Positions 39,546 through 50,045 of a stretch of 64,000 bases of DNA are shown here, one piece after another; within the stretch, counting starts at the first letter, position 1; each line of letters begins with the position of its first letter. The DNA is from an uncultured Marinilabiliaceae bacterium (GTDB lineage Bacteria; Bacteroidota; Bacteroidia; Bacteroidales; VadinHA17). The translations under genes and the position numbers were made by a program. The stretch lies in assembly GCA_942491535.1 (NCBI GenBank), contig CALOBV010000006.1, positions 2,483-66,482 of the forward strand, read 5' to 3'. The notes beneath the pieces were generated by a model. It had not been told where the DNA came from. It was given only the letters and a program-made list of their open reading frames with translations, and did not search any database.

Positions 39546-40556
39546 CTACTTCAATTGATCTAACTTCCTGAACCTATTATCTGTCCATACAATATCTTCC
39601 TTGTTATAGGAGAGCCAGACAAGCATTTCAGAAAAATAATTTACCAGATCTGCCATATTATCAAGATCAAAAAGTTCTACCTCATCGACAGGACTGTGCA
39701 CATGTGGAGCAAAGGTTGATGTTACAAAGGTGCCGCTTGGTATTCCATACATCACCTCATCTTCCTGCTTTAATCTTGAGAAGCTCAGGTTATCAGACAT
39801 AAAGAAAAGTCTGTCTGCGATAGCCAGGGTATCGATCAATGTAATTGATGTTCCTTTCCCAAACTCAATCACCAGGTCATCCAGATTGGAATATGAACAA
39901 CCTGTCATATAGTAAGACCCCTTACCCAGTTCTTCAGAATGGCCTGTCATTTCAAAATTAACATTTGTATATATGCTACTAATAGGTACAGGCGGGTTAT
40001 TTGCTACATACCTTGAACCATGAAGACCCATCTCCTCTCCGCTTACAGAAGCAAATACCAGCGAGCGGCCTGTTTTTTTACCACTCATTTTCAGTGCTTT
40101 TGCCACACCCAGCAAGGTAGATGTTCCTGCAGCATTATCGTCGGCCCCGTTATATATGGAATCGCCTTCAGCTCCCTTTCTTATACCGATATGATCGAAG
40201 TGGGCAGTAATAATAATATACTCATCTTTCAGCTCAGGGTCGGAACCCTCTATATAGCCTATAATATTACGTTCGTTAATAGAAGAGCCTCTTCTCGAAA
40301 AGGAATATTCCTGTATATAGCCCGGGTACTCTTTGAATTCCTGGATCCCGAACTCCTTAAACCTTTCGGCAAGCCACATAGCTGCTGTTTTCATTTCGTC
40401 AGATCCATTTGCTCTTCCCTGCATATTATCAGAGGCAAGAAATGATACCCATTCCTCAAGATCGGCAGGAGTAATATACTGTTTAATATTGTGACTCTGA
40501 GCCGACAGACTATTTAGAAGTGTAAATAGAATAAGTGATAATATAAGTTGTTTCAT
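39546..40556 (-). CDS. M28 family zinc aminopeptidase, secreted
   Basis: Signal peptide MKQLILSLILFTLLNSLSAQ. Metal ligand motifs AHFDHIG, GADDNAAG and GEEMGLHGS. Confidence 0.85.
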   Translation of the reverse strand: MKQLILSLILFTLLNSLSAQSHNIKQYITPADLEEWVSFLASDNMQGRANGSDEMKTAAMWLAERFKEFGIQEFKEYPGYIQEYSFSRRGSSINERNIIGYIEGSDPELKDEYIIITAHFDHIGIRKGAEGDSIYNGADDNAAGTSTLLGVAKALKMSGKKTGRSLVFASVSGEEMGLHGSRYVANNPPVPISSIYTNVNFEMTGHSEELGKGSYYMTGCSYSNLDDLVIEFGKGTSITLIDTLAIADRLFFMSDNLSFSRLKQEDEVMYGIPSGTFVTSTFAPHVHSPVDEVELFDLDNMADLVNYFSEMLVWLSYNKEDIVWTDNRFRKLDQLK

Positions 40557-40625
40557 AGTAATAGTTTTGTCTGTGCTTCAAATTTAAACTAATTACTCAG
40601 CACTATCAATTAAGCAATTGTTAAA

Positions 40626-41310
40626 CTATTTTAATTCTTTCCTGAGCTCTTTCCAGCCTGGCAGAAACCTGTCCATCAGGCTATAGAACCTCTTATTGTG
40701 TCCACGCTCTATAAGGTGGGTCATCTCATGTACAACAATATATTCTACCAGCTCGGGCCTCCTCTTTGCCAGCATAAGGCTGATCCAGATTCTGCCGGCC
40801 CGCGGATTACAGGTGCCCCAGCGGGTCTTCATTTTGCGAACGCGGCACTCCCTCACTTTAACTCCCATAATATCCTCCCATTTCCCGACAAGAGCCGGAA
40901 GGTTTTTCTCGAGGTTTTTGCGGTACCACTTATCCAATAATTCTTCCTTATGCCCGGTGTTATCTGCCTGGCTGCAAAATAGTTTAATTATATCGTCTGT
41001 AAGTGTTACGCCCTCTTCCCGCTTACTTTCAAGCAGTTCAAGCCGATACTTCTTACCAAAGAGGTAGTGTTCCTCGCCGCTTATAAACTGAAGTGCTTTG
41101 TTAAAGTCTATTTCTCTAATCCTGGTCTGATGTTTCCTGATCCAATCTTGCTTTGATACCAGAAATTTTTTTGATTTCCTTCTCACTCATTCCCATAGGA
41201 ACAGTGGCTTTTACAGTACCATCAGGCGGAAGAACTCTTAAACTGAGGTTTTTAACCTTCTTCCTGCAAAGAGCAATATTAATATCTCCGATCCTGATTT
41301 CATCTGACAT
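40626..41310 (-). pseudogene. YgjP-like (DUF45/M48-related) metallopeptidase, frameshifted in an A7 tract
   Basis: ORFs 41116..41310 and 40626..41186 overlap. Dropping one A from the run at 41166..41172 (T7 on the + strand) gives ...VPMGMSEKEIKKFLVSKQDWIRKHQ.... Downstream are WGTCNPRAGRIWISLMLAK and the zinc motif HEMTHLIERGHNKRF. Confidence 0.75.
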
Positions 41311-41339
41311 AGGGCTGATAAAGATAGAAAAGTAATGGA

Positions 41340-42959
41340 TTATTCTTTTATGAGCCTATAGCTTTGAATATAATTGCCTGAATTAAAGACTATTATATAG
41401 ATACCTGCTGTTAATTCTCCCAGGTTATTTATTGTTATATCGTGGTTATCAGCAGCAAATAAGAATTTATTGATCAATTGGCCGTCTATTCTATAAATGC
41501 TTACCGATACATTTTGCTCAACAGCTTTCTCGAAGTGGATATTTATCTTATTACTAAAAGGATTTGGATAAATACTTATGTTTTTATCCTTATGAATCTT
41601 AATATCTGATAAAGGGCTCTCCTGATAGACTCTTACATAATCTATTTCCATTGTAGTCGTGGTAAATGAAGCTTCTATACCTGGCAGAATAGCTACATTA
41701 AGCAATAGATATTGTTCTAAGTCAAACGGCCATGTACTGGCGTTCTTTAATGGAGGATTATAGGTATAATGAATTTTATTATCCACACTGAACACTAATT
41801 TATCGGCTGTCCACTCCAATGCATAGATATGAAATTCCGTAGATGCGTTTTCAATAGTCTGCCCTCCAAGATTTACAGTACCTCCATAGCTGGATGGTGT
41901 ATGTGTGGCGCTCTGGACATAATCTTGATTGCTGCCCCAGTGTTCCATAATATCAATTTCGCCACATTCAGGCCAGGAGGTTGTTCCATATCCCAGGTTA
42001 TCCCAGTATGCACCATCTTCGTCAATATTTTTACCCAGCATCCATATGGCCGGCCAGGTGCCAACGCCTGAGGGTAATTTTGCTCTCACTTCAACCTTTC
42101 CGTATTCAAAAGATAATTTAGAATTTAATCTCGCAGATGTAAATTCTTTTGTATAGCCCTGGTCGGTATATGTTTCTCTTTTAGCAATGATTTTCAGAAC
42201 GCCGTTTTCAACGAAAGAATTATCAATGCGGTCAGTATAATGCTGAACTTCGCCATTATACCAGCTTCCACCGAAGGGTAACCGTGTTTGATGATACCAT
42301 TTATTACTATTAATGGTACCATCTTCATCAAACTCATCCGACCAAACAAGATTGTCAAAAACAGCAGCCGCTGGCAATGTACCATCATAATTGACATCAT
42401 CGATATATGCTATGACATGGTCAAAATTATCTTCGCCATTAACCTGGATTACTACCCGGTTAAAATCGTTTCGTTGTATAGGAGGAAGTGAGGCAGGATC
42501 CAGGTTGATATAATTATCATTCTGAAAGTCGAAGGTAATAAGCTGCCATTGATCGACGGAGATTTGTTTTATAATCTCACTCTGTGTTGACCAGGGCGCT
42601 CCAATTGTGCCGTCTTGAAGTTTTAGTGAGACCTGATTCGTCTGACTCCCTGTTAATCCATCAGAAGGAATATAAATTTTTAATGAGAAGGTATGGTGAG
42701 AAGTTAATTCAAAGTTATTTATTACATCAAATCTTACGTTTGCATATTGTCCGCCGGAATCTCTGTATTCTAAGACTGTGGCAGATGTATTTATTCCCGT
42801 CTGATAAGGGTTGATCAGGCCTGTATTGATGTAACAAGCATCTCCATACCATGTACTAATAGTGCCATTCCCTTCAAAATCATCCTCCACCCTTATAGTT
42901 TGAGCTTTCGCTTCGAGTGATAAGCATAAGAATACAAGTATAAAGTAAAGATATTTCAC
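41340..42959 (-). CDS. GH16 endo-beta-1,3-glucanase (laminarinase) with an N-terminal CBM-like domain and a T9SS type A C-terminal sorting domain
   Basis: GTG start, signal peptide MKYLYFILVFLCLSLEAKAQ. GH16 catalytic motif GEIDIMEH. C-terminal ISIYPNPFSNKINIHF...VSIYRIDGQLI...GIYIIVF is a Por-type CTD. Confidence 0.85.
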   Translation of the reverse strand: MKYLYFILVFLCLSLEAKAQTIRVEDDFEGNGTISTWYGDACYINTGLINPYQTGINTSATVLEYRDSGGQYANVRFDVINNFELTSHHTFSLKIYIPSDGLTGSQTNQVSLKLQDGTIGAPWSTQSEIIKQISVDQWQLITFDFQNDNYINLDPASLPPIQRNDFNRVVIQVNGEDNFDHVIAYIDDVNYDGTLPAAAVFDNLVWSDEFDEDGTINSNKWYHQTRLPFGGSWYNGEVQHYTDRIDNSFVENGVLKIIAKRETYTDQGYTKEFTSARLNSKLSFEYGKVEVRAKLPSGVGTWPAIWMLGKNIDEDGAYWDNLGYGTTSWPECGEIDIMEHWGSNQDYVQSATHTPSSYGGTVNLGGQTIENASTEFHIYALEWTADKLVFSVDNKIHYTYNPPLKNASTWPFDLEQYLLLNVAILPGIEASFTTTTMEIDYVRVYQESPLSDIKIHKDKNISIYPNPFSNKINIHFEKAVEQNVSVSIYRIDGQLINKFLFAADNHDITINNLGELTAGIYIIVFNSGNYIQSYRLIKE

Positions 42960-42966
42960 AAATTAA

Positions 42967-43896
42967 TTATTTATAATACGGTTTCATTACTTTTTTGGGT
43001 TTCCTGTTTTCATAGAAGAGGCCCCAGTGTTTCTCGGGTTCCAGTTCATCCGGGAAGCCCTTCCACAGTTCATCAAAGGCTTCAAAGAAGAAAGTTAGAA
43101 TTTTTTTATCAGAGCACCACTTCATAAGATCATTATAGTATATTTCCTGGTAATCTTCGCCTACGTTACCAGGATTAATACCCCTTCCGTTTGAACCTGT
43201 TGCCCAGCCAGCCTCGGTTATTACAACAGGTTTATCGGGATACTTTTGTGCTACTCCATTAAAATTCTGCCTGGTATACTTCATTGCTTCATGAATATTC
43301 TTATGTTCCCATACCGGGTAAGTATGTATTGATAAAAAGTCCACCTCCTTAACCAGGGGTTCGAGTTTATCGTGCCATGGGAGATAGTTTTCACAGAAGG
43401 TAACAGGTTGAACTGTTTCTTTCTTTATCATCCTAACATATTCAATCACATTATCGACCGGAACATAATGATCGGTCCAGTCTACCGTAGCCTCATTACC
43501 TGCAGAGGTAGAAAAAATAATATCAGGATAACTACCGGCCATAGCAATCAGTTTCTCAATCTTTTTCCTGTTAGTCTCCCTGTTCAGGTGTAATTCTTCC
43601 TCGGGATACACTCCTCCCCAGGGACAACCATAATTATTCATCTCTGCAGTTATAAAGGCCCCCATCATTACTTTAAAGTTTAACCCTTCCCTCTTTATAA
43701 CGTCCAGTACAGTTTCTGCATGAACGTTACAATCGTATAAGCGGAGATAATCCCACCGACCATGAAGAATCAACAGATCTTCTTTTACCTGTTCGTAAGT
43801 AGGATGTATGTCTTTATCAGGGCTCTGGCCTTTTCTGTAACCCGAATAGCAGATTGCATTCCCATAGGGAATATCTAACTTTTTGAAACTGTCCAT
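42967..43896 (-). CDS. GH17-like clan GH-A glycosidase, no signal peptide
   Basis: ATG at 43896 (the track ORF opens with TTG at 43902). TSAGNEATV (acid/base NE) and VVITEAGWATGSNG (nucleophile E, GH17-like ETGWP variant). The N-terminus MDSFKKLDIPYGNAICYSGY is not hydrophobic. Confidence 0.6.
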   Translation of the reverse strand: MDSFKKLDIPYGNAICYSGYRKGQSPDKDIHPTYEQVKEDLLILHGRWDYLRLYDCNVHAETVLDVIKREGLNFKVMMGAFITAEMNNYGCPWGGVYPEEELHLNRETNRKKIEKLIAMAGSYPDIIFSTSAGNEATVDWTDHYVPVDNVIEYVRMIKKETVQPVTFCENYLPWHDKLEPLVKEVDFLSIHTYPVWEHKNIHEAMKYTRQNFNGVAQKYPDKPVVITEAGWATGSNGRGINPGNVGEDYQEIYYNDLMKWCSDKKILTFFFEAFDELWKGFPDELEPEKHWGLFYENRKPKKVMKPYYK

Positions 43897-43915
43897 TAAC
43901 AATGAAATAAGTAGA

Positions 43916-44800
43916 TTAGTATTTTAGCTTCCCATCTTTATCCCAGATCCCCCAGTATGCGCCAACATCCCCCTCTGATCCGGTTTTCCAGCTTTCATCA
44001 AAGCTTGAAAAATACATAATCTCGATATTTTCTTCAAGGCTCCAATTCTGTGTATTGATAAAATACCTCAGGGCATTCTCGGTTGATGGCTCTGATGATT
44101 CGAATGCAGTTCCAATATTTGGCCAGCCTGTTTCACTTATTACAACTTTTTTCCCATTGGCTGCCTGGAGCACACTATAATACATATTCTTCATATAAAC
44201 CAGTGCGTAATCAATATGGCAACCTTCCCAGAAGGGATAGCAATTGGTAAAGAGCACATCACAGGCTTCTGCAATTGCTGGCCTGTTAACAAACTCATAA
44301 TAAGCGTCGACATAACCAACCTGTGCCTCCGGCACCTCCTTCTTAACCCTCCTAATATATTCTAATAGTTCCTGTTCGGTAAGCTCTTCGCGATACAACA
44401 CCTCATTTCCGACAGCCACAAGATCGGCGTTACCTGATTTAACTACTTTAATCAGATTCTCTATTTCCTGTTCATTTTTTTCCTTATCATCTCCCAGCCA
44501 TGCTCCCACCATTACCTTTAAACCATTTTCCCTGGCAATTGACGGTATTAATTCATTTCCATCGGTACAGGAAAAGGTCCTGATCCAACTTGTATATGGC
44601 TTTATAATCTGAATTCTGTCTCTGATCTGATCTTCTGTAATTATTGAGCCGGGTCCCTGGCCTTCAGTATAAGAACTGAAGCAAAATCCATGGATTCCAT
44701 TTTCCAGGTATTTCCTGAATATTCTTGCCAGATCTTCAGTTGTTTTATTCTTAAAATCTTCTCCCAGGAGAGACAATAATTTATCGCTTCTAAATGACAT
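43916..44800 (-). CDS. GH17 family glycosidase (beta-1,3-glucan-active family), no signal peptide
   Basis: VAVGNEVLYR and VVISETGWPNIG are the classic GH17 catalytic motifs. The N-terminus MSFRSDKLLSLLGEDFKNK lacks a leader. Confidence 0.75.
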   Translation of the reverse strand: MSFRSDKLLSLLGEDFKNKTTEDLARIFRKYLENGIHGFCFSSYTEGQGPGSIITEDQIRDRIQIIKPYTSWIRTFSCTDGNELIPSIARENGLKVMVGAWLGDDKEKNEQEIENLIKVVKSGNADLVAVGNEVLYREELTEQELLEYIRRVKKEVPEAQVGYVDAYYEFVNRPAIAEACDVLFTNCYPFWEGCHIDYALVYMKNMYYSVLQAANGKKVVISETGWPNIGTAFESSEPSTENALRYFINTQNWSLEENIEIMYFSSFDESWKTGSEGDVGAYWGIWDKDGKLKY

Positions 44801-44816
44801 AATATTTCCGTTATTA

Positions 44817-47800
44817 TTATATTATAAAACTGTATTCTATTTTTCTTATTTTACCACTTCTGGAAAATATTTCCTGACTTATATCTTTATCAAGGGTACT
44901 CTCTGCAATTAGCTTACTATCTCCGCTATTAAACTCAACAATTATCTGGTGTTTTGTATCCAGGGTATAAATTACAGGTACCTGGCAATATGTAAATGCA
45001 AGCTGATCTGGTTTTAGATTGATAGTGCAATTATTGCCCTCCAGATCAATATATTCAAAGACTTCCACCTTCTTAAGAATCTCGTTATGGTTTAGCAATG
45101 AGGGAGAAAATTCTATTCTGCCATCCTTGATACGAACACCAAATTCTCCAAATCGGGAAAGGATATCCTCCTTTACCTGACCTGTCAGGCCCGGTTGTTT
45201 TGCGCCTGAGTTAGACGGAGTATGCGAATATGCATCGGTCGGGAATGCACCATAAAGACCGGGAGATTTATATAAACCTATTCCGGCTTTTATTTCATAA
45301 TAATGATCCTTCAGCTTACCAAGAACTACCGGGTCTTCGTTATTAATAATTCCTTTTGAATAACACTCCTGGGTAGCCAGCAATAATTTTGATACCATAT
45401 GCCAGTAGATGCTTCCAATCCCTTCATAGCCATAAAATGTACCTGAACGACCCGTAAATGACTTATGATCAAAAACTGACTCAAACATCTCAAAAATAAT
45501 TTCCTTTTCCTTTGCCACATCGGCAGCTTTATCCTTATCGAGCCCTTCAAGAGCGTCGGACAGATCATTTACATTTCTGAAATTACCGTTAAAATGGTAT
45601 TTGCCTAAGTCATCGATTCGTACTATTGCAGTGTTTTTTTCTGACAGGAGTTTAAGCAATAAGGGTGACTTAGAAACTTCCTGCCCCGGAATTATATTCT
45701 TCTCTATAAACCCGGGCAGTTTACGTTCAGGATAAAGTAAGTAGCTGTATTGATCTTGCCTGAACAGTTTACTTGCTTTCATGGCATCAAGAACCTCCAG
45801 ACTTTGTGCAGCATTAAGATAACCTGAACTCAAAACAGCCACCTGTCCTTCGAGCATCTCATACAGTGTCCTGATAGAAATCCCTTCACCCTTAAAACTT
45901 ATAAGGTTATATGAATGGAAGAGTCCATCCGACCTTCTATTCCATTCTATTGTATTATCAATAAATACAAGGCAAAATTCAAGGAACTCACTTAGCCTTG
46001 AAACACTTACAGATTCCTTTACCCCGGAAAATGAATTTGAATAAATCGATTGCCGGTAAGTGCTTCCCGCCTTCCCAAGAGTTTGAGCAAAATAGTACCT
46101 GTCTTTATCTGTAAATCCCTTTTGAACCAGGTCTGTATTCTGACTAAAAAGTGCAAAAACCTCATTTAGTAATTTTACAAGCTCCTCAGAGATCTCAAAG
46201 TAATCATTTGTGGAATTCATAAATTTACATTTCCAGAAGCTAATAAATCTTCTAAGGTAGTAGAGGGTTACCATTGAAGCGCCATTCCCTACCAGGGCAT
46301 TATTAGCATCATTCCATTCTGGCCGTTGGGTATTAAGCCAGATACCTGCGTCAGGTATAAAATTGGAAATTTTGGCCAGAAGGGTACAAAGGATTTTTTC
46401 TAATAGATTTACCCTGTATATATCTCCATTATGGCCATATAATAATTTTCCATCAGCACCCTTGCCAGCAACAGTTTTCTCAGTTATATGATTCAATTCA
46501 AAGTCGAAAACAATTGTATCTTTTGGATTCCTGATAATCTCCTCAAAGGGTTTTATCCTGTATGGAACATTAGCATAAACAAAAATCTCCTTTCGCAGCA
46601 GTTCGTCCAGTTTACCAGGGTGAAAGTTCTCGGACTGCTCAAGAAACTTTTGCAGGTATATTATCTGGTGATCATTCCAGTAACCAATATACGACCAACT
46701 ATCATCGGGGTCGGGACTCTCCCAGTCTATGCCTTCCCGGGTTATTCTGTAAGGATTATAGCCATCGGCGGTACTTGCATTAACGAACCTGGATATTATC
46801 GACTCTACATAACCAGGAAACGAGAAGCTCAATGCTTCCCAATTTTGAAATATATCTCTCCAATTTCCCTGGTAGCTTAATTTCTCACTACCGTCTTCGT
46901 TTTTAGTTTCAATTGAAAACTGGTTCCACGGTCGACTAGGATCGCCATGGCGTCGGCTAAAAGTAAGAGGCAGGTATTCGTAACAAATCCTCTCCAGGTC
47001 AGGATTATTAATACTGGAAGACCATTTAAGCAATTCACTATACTCCATTACATCGGGGAGTTGCTGCAAACTCTCCTTCAAACTTTCGTAAACTTCTCTA
47101 TTGGATTGTTTTATGAACAATACAAGGTCAGAAACTTTAATAGTATAGCTATTGATAAAAACACCACCGCGCATCGAATTGAATAATGTATTCGAAAAAT
47201 GACGTGCCTGCACCAGCATATCGCTTCCCTTCTGAATTCCGTCTGCTCCGCCCACAATCTTTTTCAGCTTAGATGTCCCTCTGGCAATATCATCTTCCAG
47301 TTCTTGTCTAAGTGACTTATTTTTTCTTATCCGATTGTCGAGATTTACAACATCGCTTGAGTCCTGGTTGATCTCAGCAATAATATACCAGTCTATTGTT
47401 TCATCTTTATCTAAGCTGCTGACTAAATTAACATAATAAGAACCTCTTCTGGCTTTAACGTCAGTTTCCGTTTCAATATTCTGGCCCACTCTAAACTTCT
47501 TCAGCTGAATATCAGATATTAAATATGTTGAACATGTAAATGGTAGAATTGACCATACTGTTGTAGCTTTTAATGCTTCACTGGGTTCGGCCCTGTCGAC
47601 CGGGATAGAACTGAGGGTGAATAATCCCAGTTTGCTATCGGCCAGTAATTCATTCTTTTTATAAGCATCAAGAAGGTTACTATATTCATTCTGGAAATCG
47701 TAATCAACCCCATAGGGAAGGATATTACTTATCCCATCAACCAGGGAAAAAGAGACATTTGAATTACCGGTATTGCTAAGTTTTGATTTCTTTATCCATC

Positions 47801-48272
47801 CATAATTCTCGCTGTTGCACCAGGCGTACTGAAAGACTAATTCAAGGTCAAGATTACGTTCTTCAAAGATTATCTTGTTCCCAAATATACTTTTATAGAG
47901 CTTACGTTCAAGCCTGTAAATCTTTTCATAATCATCGGCAAAGGGTTCCCACAAGAAAGTCCTGTTCTGCTTCTCTATCAAACAAATGGTTTTACTTCCC
48001 GTAATGTTCTTATAATCGTGAATCTTATCGACTGTATAATATGGAAACAATGAGTTATCGCGATTCTTTCTTCCGGCAGTAAGCGACCCGTTGCTTGATA
48101 TATACATCCAGTGGTCAGAATCGCTTACTATAGTCATAAAGAAATCGGGCATCAGGTTATAATTACTAATCTCATAGTACTTTTCACCATTCAGATCAAC
48201 TACCTGACCATGAATCTCATCAGATACCTCATTCAGGATTGTATTTCCCAGATATATTTTATTCTTACCCAT
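44817..48272 (-). CDS. Large cytoplasmic GH94-superfamily-like glycoside phosphorylase, probably a GH149-type beta-1,3-glucan phosphorylase
   Basis: 1151 aa, no leader. NTQRPEWNDANNALVGNG resembles the (D/E)WND catalytic-acid motif of (alpha/alpha)6 GH94/GH149/GH161 phosphorylases. SRRHGDPSRPWNQF is a plausible phosphate-site region. Size and the GH16/GH17/GH30 context match what I recall for bacterial GH149 genes. No search was run. Confidence 0.5.
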   Translation of the reverse strand: MGKNKIYLGNTILNEVSDEIHGQVVDLNGEKYYEISNYNLMPDFFMTIVSDSDHWMYISSNGSLTAGRKNRDNSLFPYYTVDKIHDYKNITGSKTICLIEKQNRTFLWEPFADDYEKIYRLERKLYKSIFGNKIIFEERNLDLELVFQYAWCNSENYGWIKKSKLSNTGNSNVSFSLVDGISNILPYGVDYDFQNEYSNLLDAYKKNELLADSKLGLFTLSSIPVDRAEPSEALKATTVWSILPFTCSTYLISDIQLKKFRVGQNIETETDVKARRGSYYVNLVSSLDKDETIDWYIIAEINQDSSDVVNLDNRIRKNKSLRQELEDDIARGTSKLKKIVGGADGIQKGSDMLVQARHFSNTLFNSMRGGVFINSYTIKVSDLVLFIKQSNREVYESLKESLQQLPDVMEYSELLKWSSSINNPDLERICYEYLPLTFSRRHGDPSRPWNQFSIETKNEDGSEKLSYQGNWRDIFQNWEALSFSFPGYVESIISRFVNASTADGYNPYRITREGIDWESPDPDDSWSYIGYWNDHQIIYLQKFLEQSENFHPGKLDELLRKEIFVYANVPYRIKPFEEIIRNPKDTIVFDFELNHITEKTVAGKGADGKLLYGHNGDIYRVNLLEKILCTLLAKISNFIPDAGIWLNTQRPEWNDANNALVGNGASMVTLYYLRRFISFWKCKFMNSTNDYFEISEELVKLLNEVFALFSQNTDLVQKGFTDKDRYYFAQTLGKAGSTYRQSIYSNSFSGVKESVSVSRLSEFLEFCLVFIDNTIEWNRRSDGLFHSYNLISFKGEGISIRTLYEMLEGQVAVLSSGYLNAAQSLEVLDAMKASKLFRQDQYSYLLYPERKLPGFIEKNIIPGQEVSKSPLLLKLLSEKNTAIVRIDDLGKYHFNGNFRNVNDLSDALEGLDKDKAADVAKEKEIIFEMFESVFDHKSFTGRSGTFYGYEGIGSIYWHMVSKLLLATQECYSKGIINNEDPVVLGKLKDHYYEIKAGIGLYKSPGLYGAFPTDAYSHTPSNSGAKQPGLTGQVKEDILSRFGEFGVRIKDGRIEFSPSLLNHNEILKKVEVFEYIDLEGNNCTINLKPDQLAFTYCQVPVIYTLDTKHQIIVEFNSGDSKLIAESTLDKDISQEIFSRSGKIRKIEYSFII

Positions 48273-48314
48273 ACCTTTCGAACTAATTCGACTTCTTTAT
48301 TAGAATTTGTCTGA

Positions 48315-49987
48315 CTAGAGCTGTACCTGAACTGTCTGTACTGAGTTTCCTTCTATACCTATCTCAGCATATTGTTCCCGGATCTGCAATTTATAAATTA
48401 TCTTTTCACTGGTCGTATTCAGTAACTGAACACTTAATACCTTTTCAGGACTGAGAGTAGAACAAACATGTAAATCATCATCCCCCAGTCCGACAAGGGT
48501 TTTTGAAGTTAAAACAGCTTTATCTCCCGGTCTGATTGTCTTACTAAACTGGGCCAATATATAATAAACAGGTGTATAATATACCTGTTTAGTCTCGGTA
48601 TTTATCATAATGGGTGCTCCACAATAATTACCTACATGATTAGGGCCTCCATTGTGATCAAGTATTACATTCCAGTCGATCCATCCCCTGAGCCAGTGAT
48701 CTATACTTACTATTATATTCCTGGCATAGCGATGCACAGGAGTATAGATGGGATGATCTTCAGTTATTACACCTTCCCAGGGAGCTGTATATCCCCAATC
48801 TGTTGCATTCTTATTCCACCAGAAAGAATCGTTGTTGAACCAGTTTTCTTCCTGAAATTTTCAGGGTCTGTTATACCTGCCGGAGCAGGCTTACCAAGAT
48901 CATCAATACAACCCTCGGTATGTAAGATAGCCTTGGTCAGGAAACTTTTCATTAACCCTGTCAAATACGTCCTCATATACCTTGAATGTACTTTCGTACC
49001 AGTGAACTGCAGCTCCGTAAACATATTCTGAGTCTCAACAGAATCACCAAGTATTACATCTGTCCAGTGCTCAAGTCCATCCCTGTTCTGGTCATATATA
49101 AGAAGTCTTACATCTGCATTATCACCTTCCTTAAGTTTGGGACCCAGGTAGTTTTTTATGAACTCATTTTGTGTTTCGGGAGTAAAATGCATACTTTCCC
49201 ATTGTCCGTTATTTCCATGAGGCTCATTAACAGGTGTCAATCCCCATATATCAACATTTTCAGACCTGTATGTATCTAGGTACTTAATAAGGTAATCAGC
49301 ATACGCTTCTTCATATTCAGGTTTAAGAGAGCCACCGGTACCCTGGTAGTTGTTTTCAGGAGATCCGCTTATATACCAATCATCAATATCCTTCATCCAC
49401 GAAGGGGCTGTCCATGCTGAGGCAACTATTCGAAGTTCGCCATCATCCTGCCTGCTTTTTATATCAAGTGCCTCCTTAATCATTGGCAGTAAATCGTAAC
49501 TCTCATCAGCTATTCCGGGATATTCAGCTGAGCTGAAGCCACGAGTATCAGGCTCAAGGCTAAACGACTCCAGTTTAACATCCCCTTTTGTGTCGACATA
49601 TGAATATTTACCTTCAACGCAGAAGTCACAGGCCCCTATATGGGTCCTTGCCAATGAAAAGTTAGCTCCTTTTTCGCTAAACAATTGTTCCATAATCTCT
49701 CTTCTTGTATCAGGATCGAGGTGGGCCAGCACATAGGCTGAAGATTCTGTGAATGAAGAGCCAATGCCGTCTATAGTCTGTTTTACATTATCGGGATATA
49801 TCTTTATTACAGTCCCATCTGCATTACCTGAGACAAAATTGACATTTTCCTTTTCTGCAATTTTATCGCCACTCTCTGATGTAAGGTAGATCTTCTTCGT
49901 TGATAGCATGGCATCATCTGAGTTACAAGAATGAATTATAGCTGTTGATACAATCAGTAATATAAGATACAAGATTCTATTTATCAT
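48315..49987 (-). pseudogene. GH30 glycosidase (beta-1,6-glucanase/glucosylceramidase-like) lipoprotein, frameshifted
   Basis: Lipobox STAIIHSC. GLTPVNEPHG (acid/base E) and ILHTEGC (nucleophile E). ORF 48767..49987 ends in out-of-frame residues. Adding one base in the aaatttt run at 48855..48861 gives ...DPENFQEENWFNNDSFWWNKNATDWGYTAPWEGVITEDHPIYTPVHRYARN..., continuous with ORF 48315..48737. Confidence 0.8.
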
Positions 49988-50045
49988 AATACTTGGAGTA
50001 AAGGTATATTAATAAGCTAAATCAAATACTATAAATCTATTCAGG

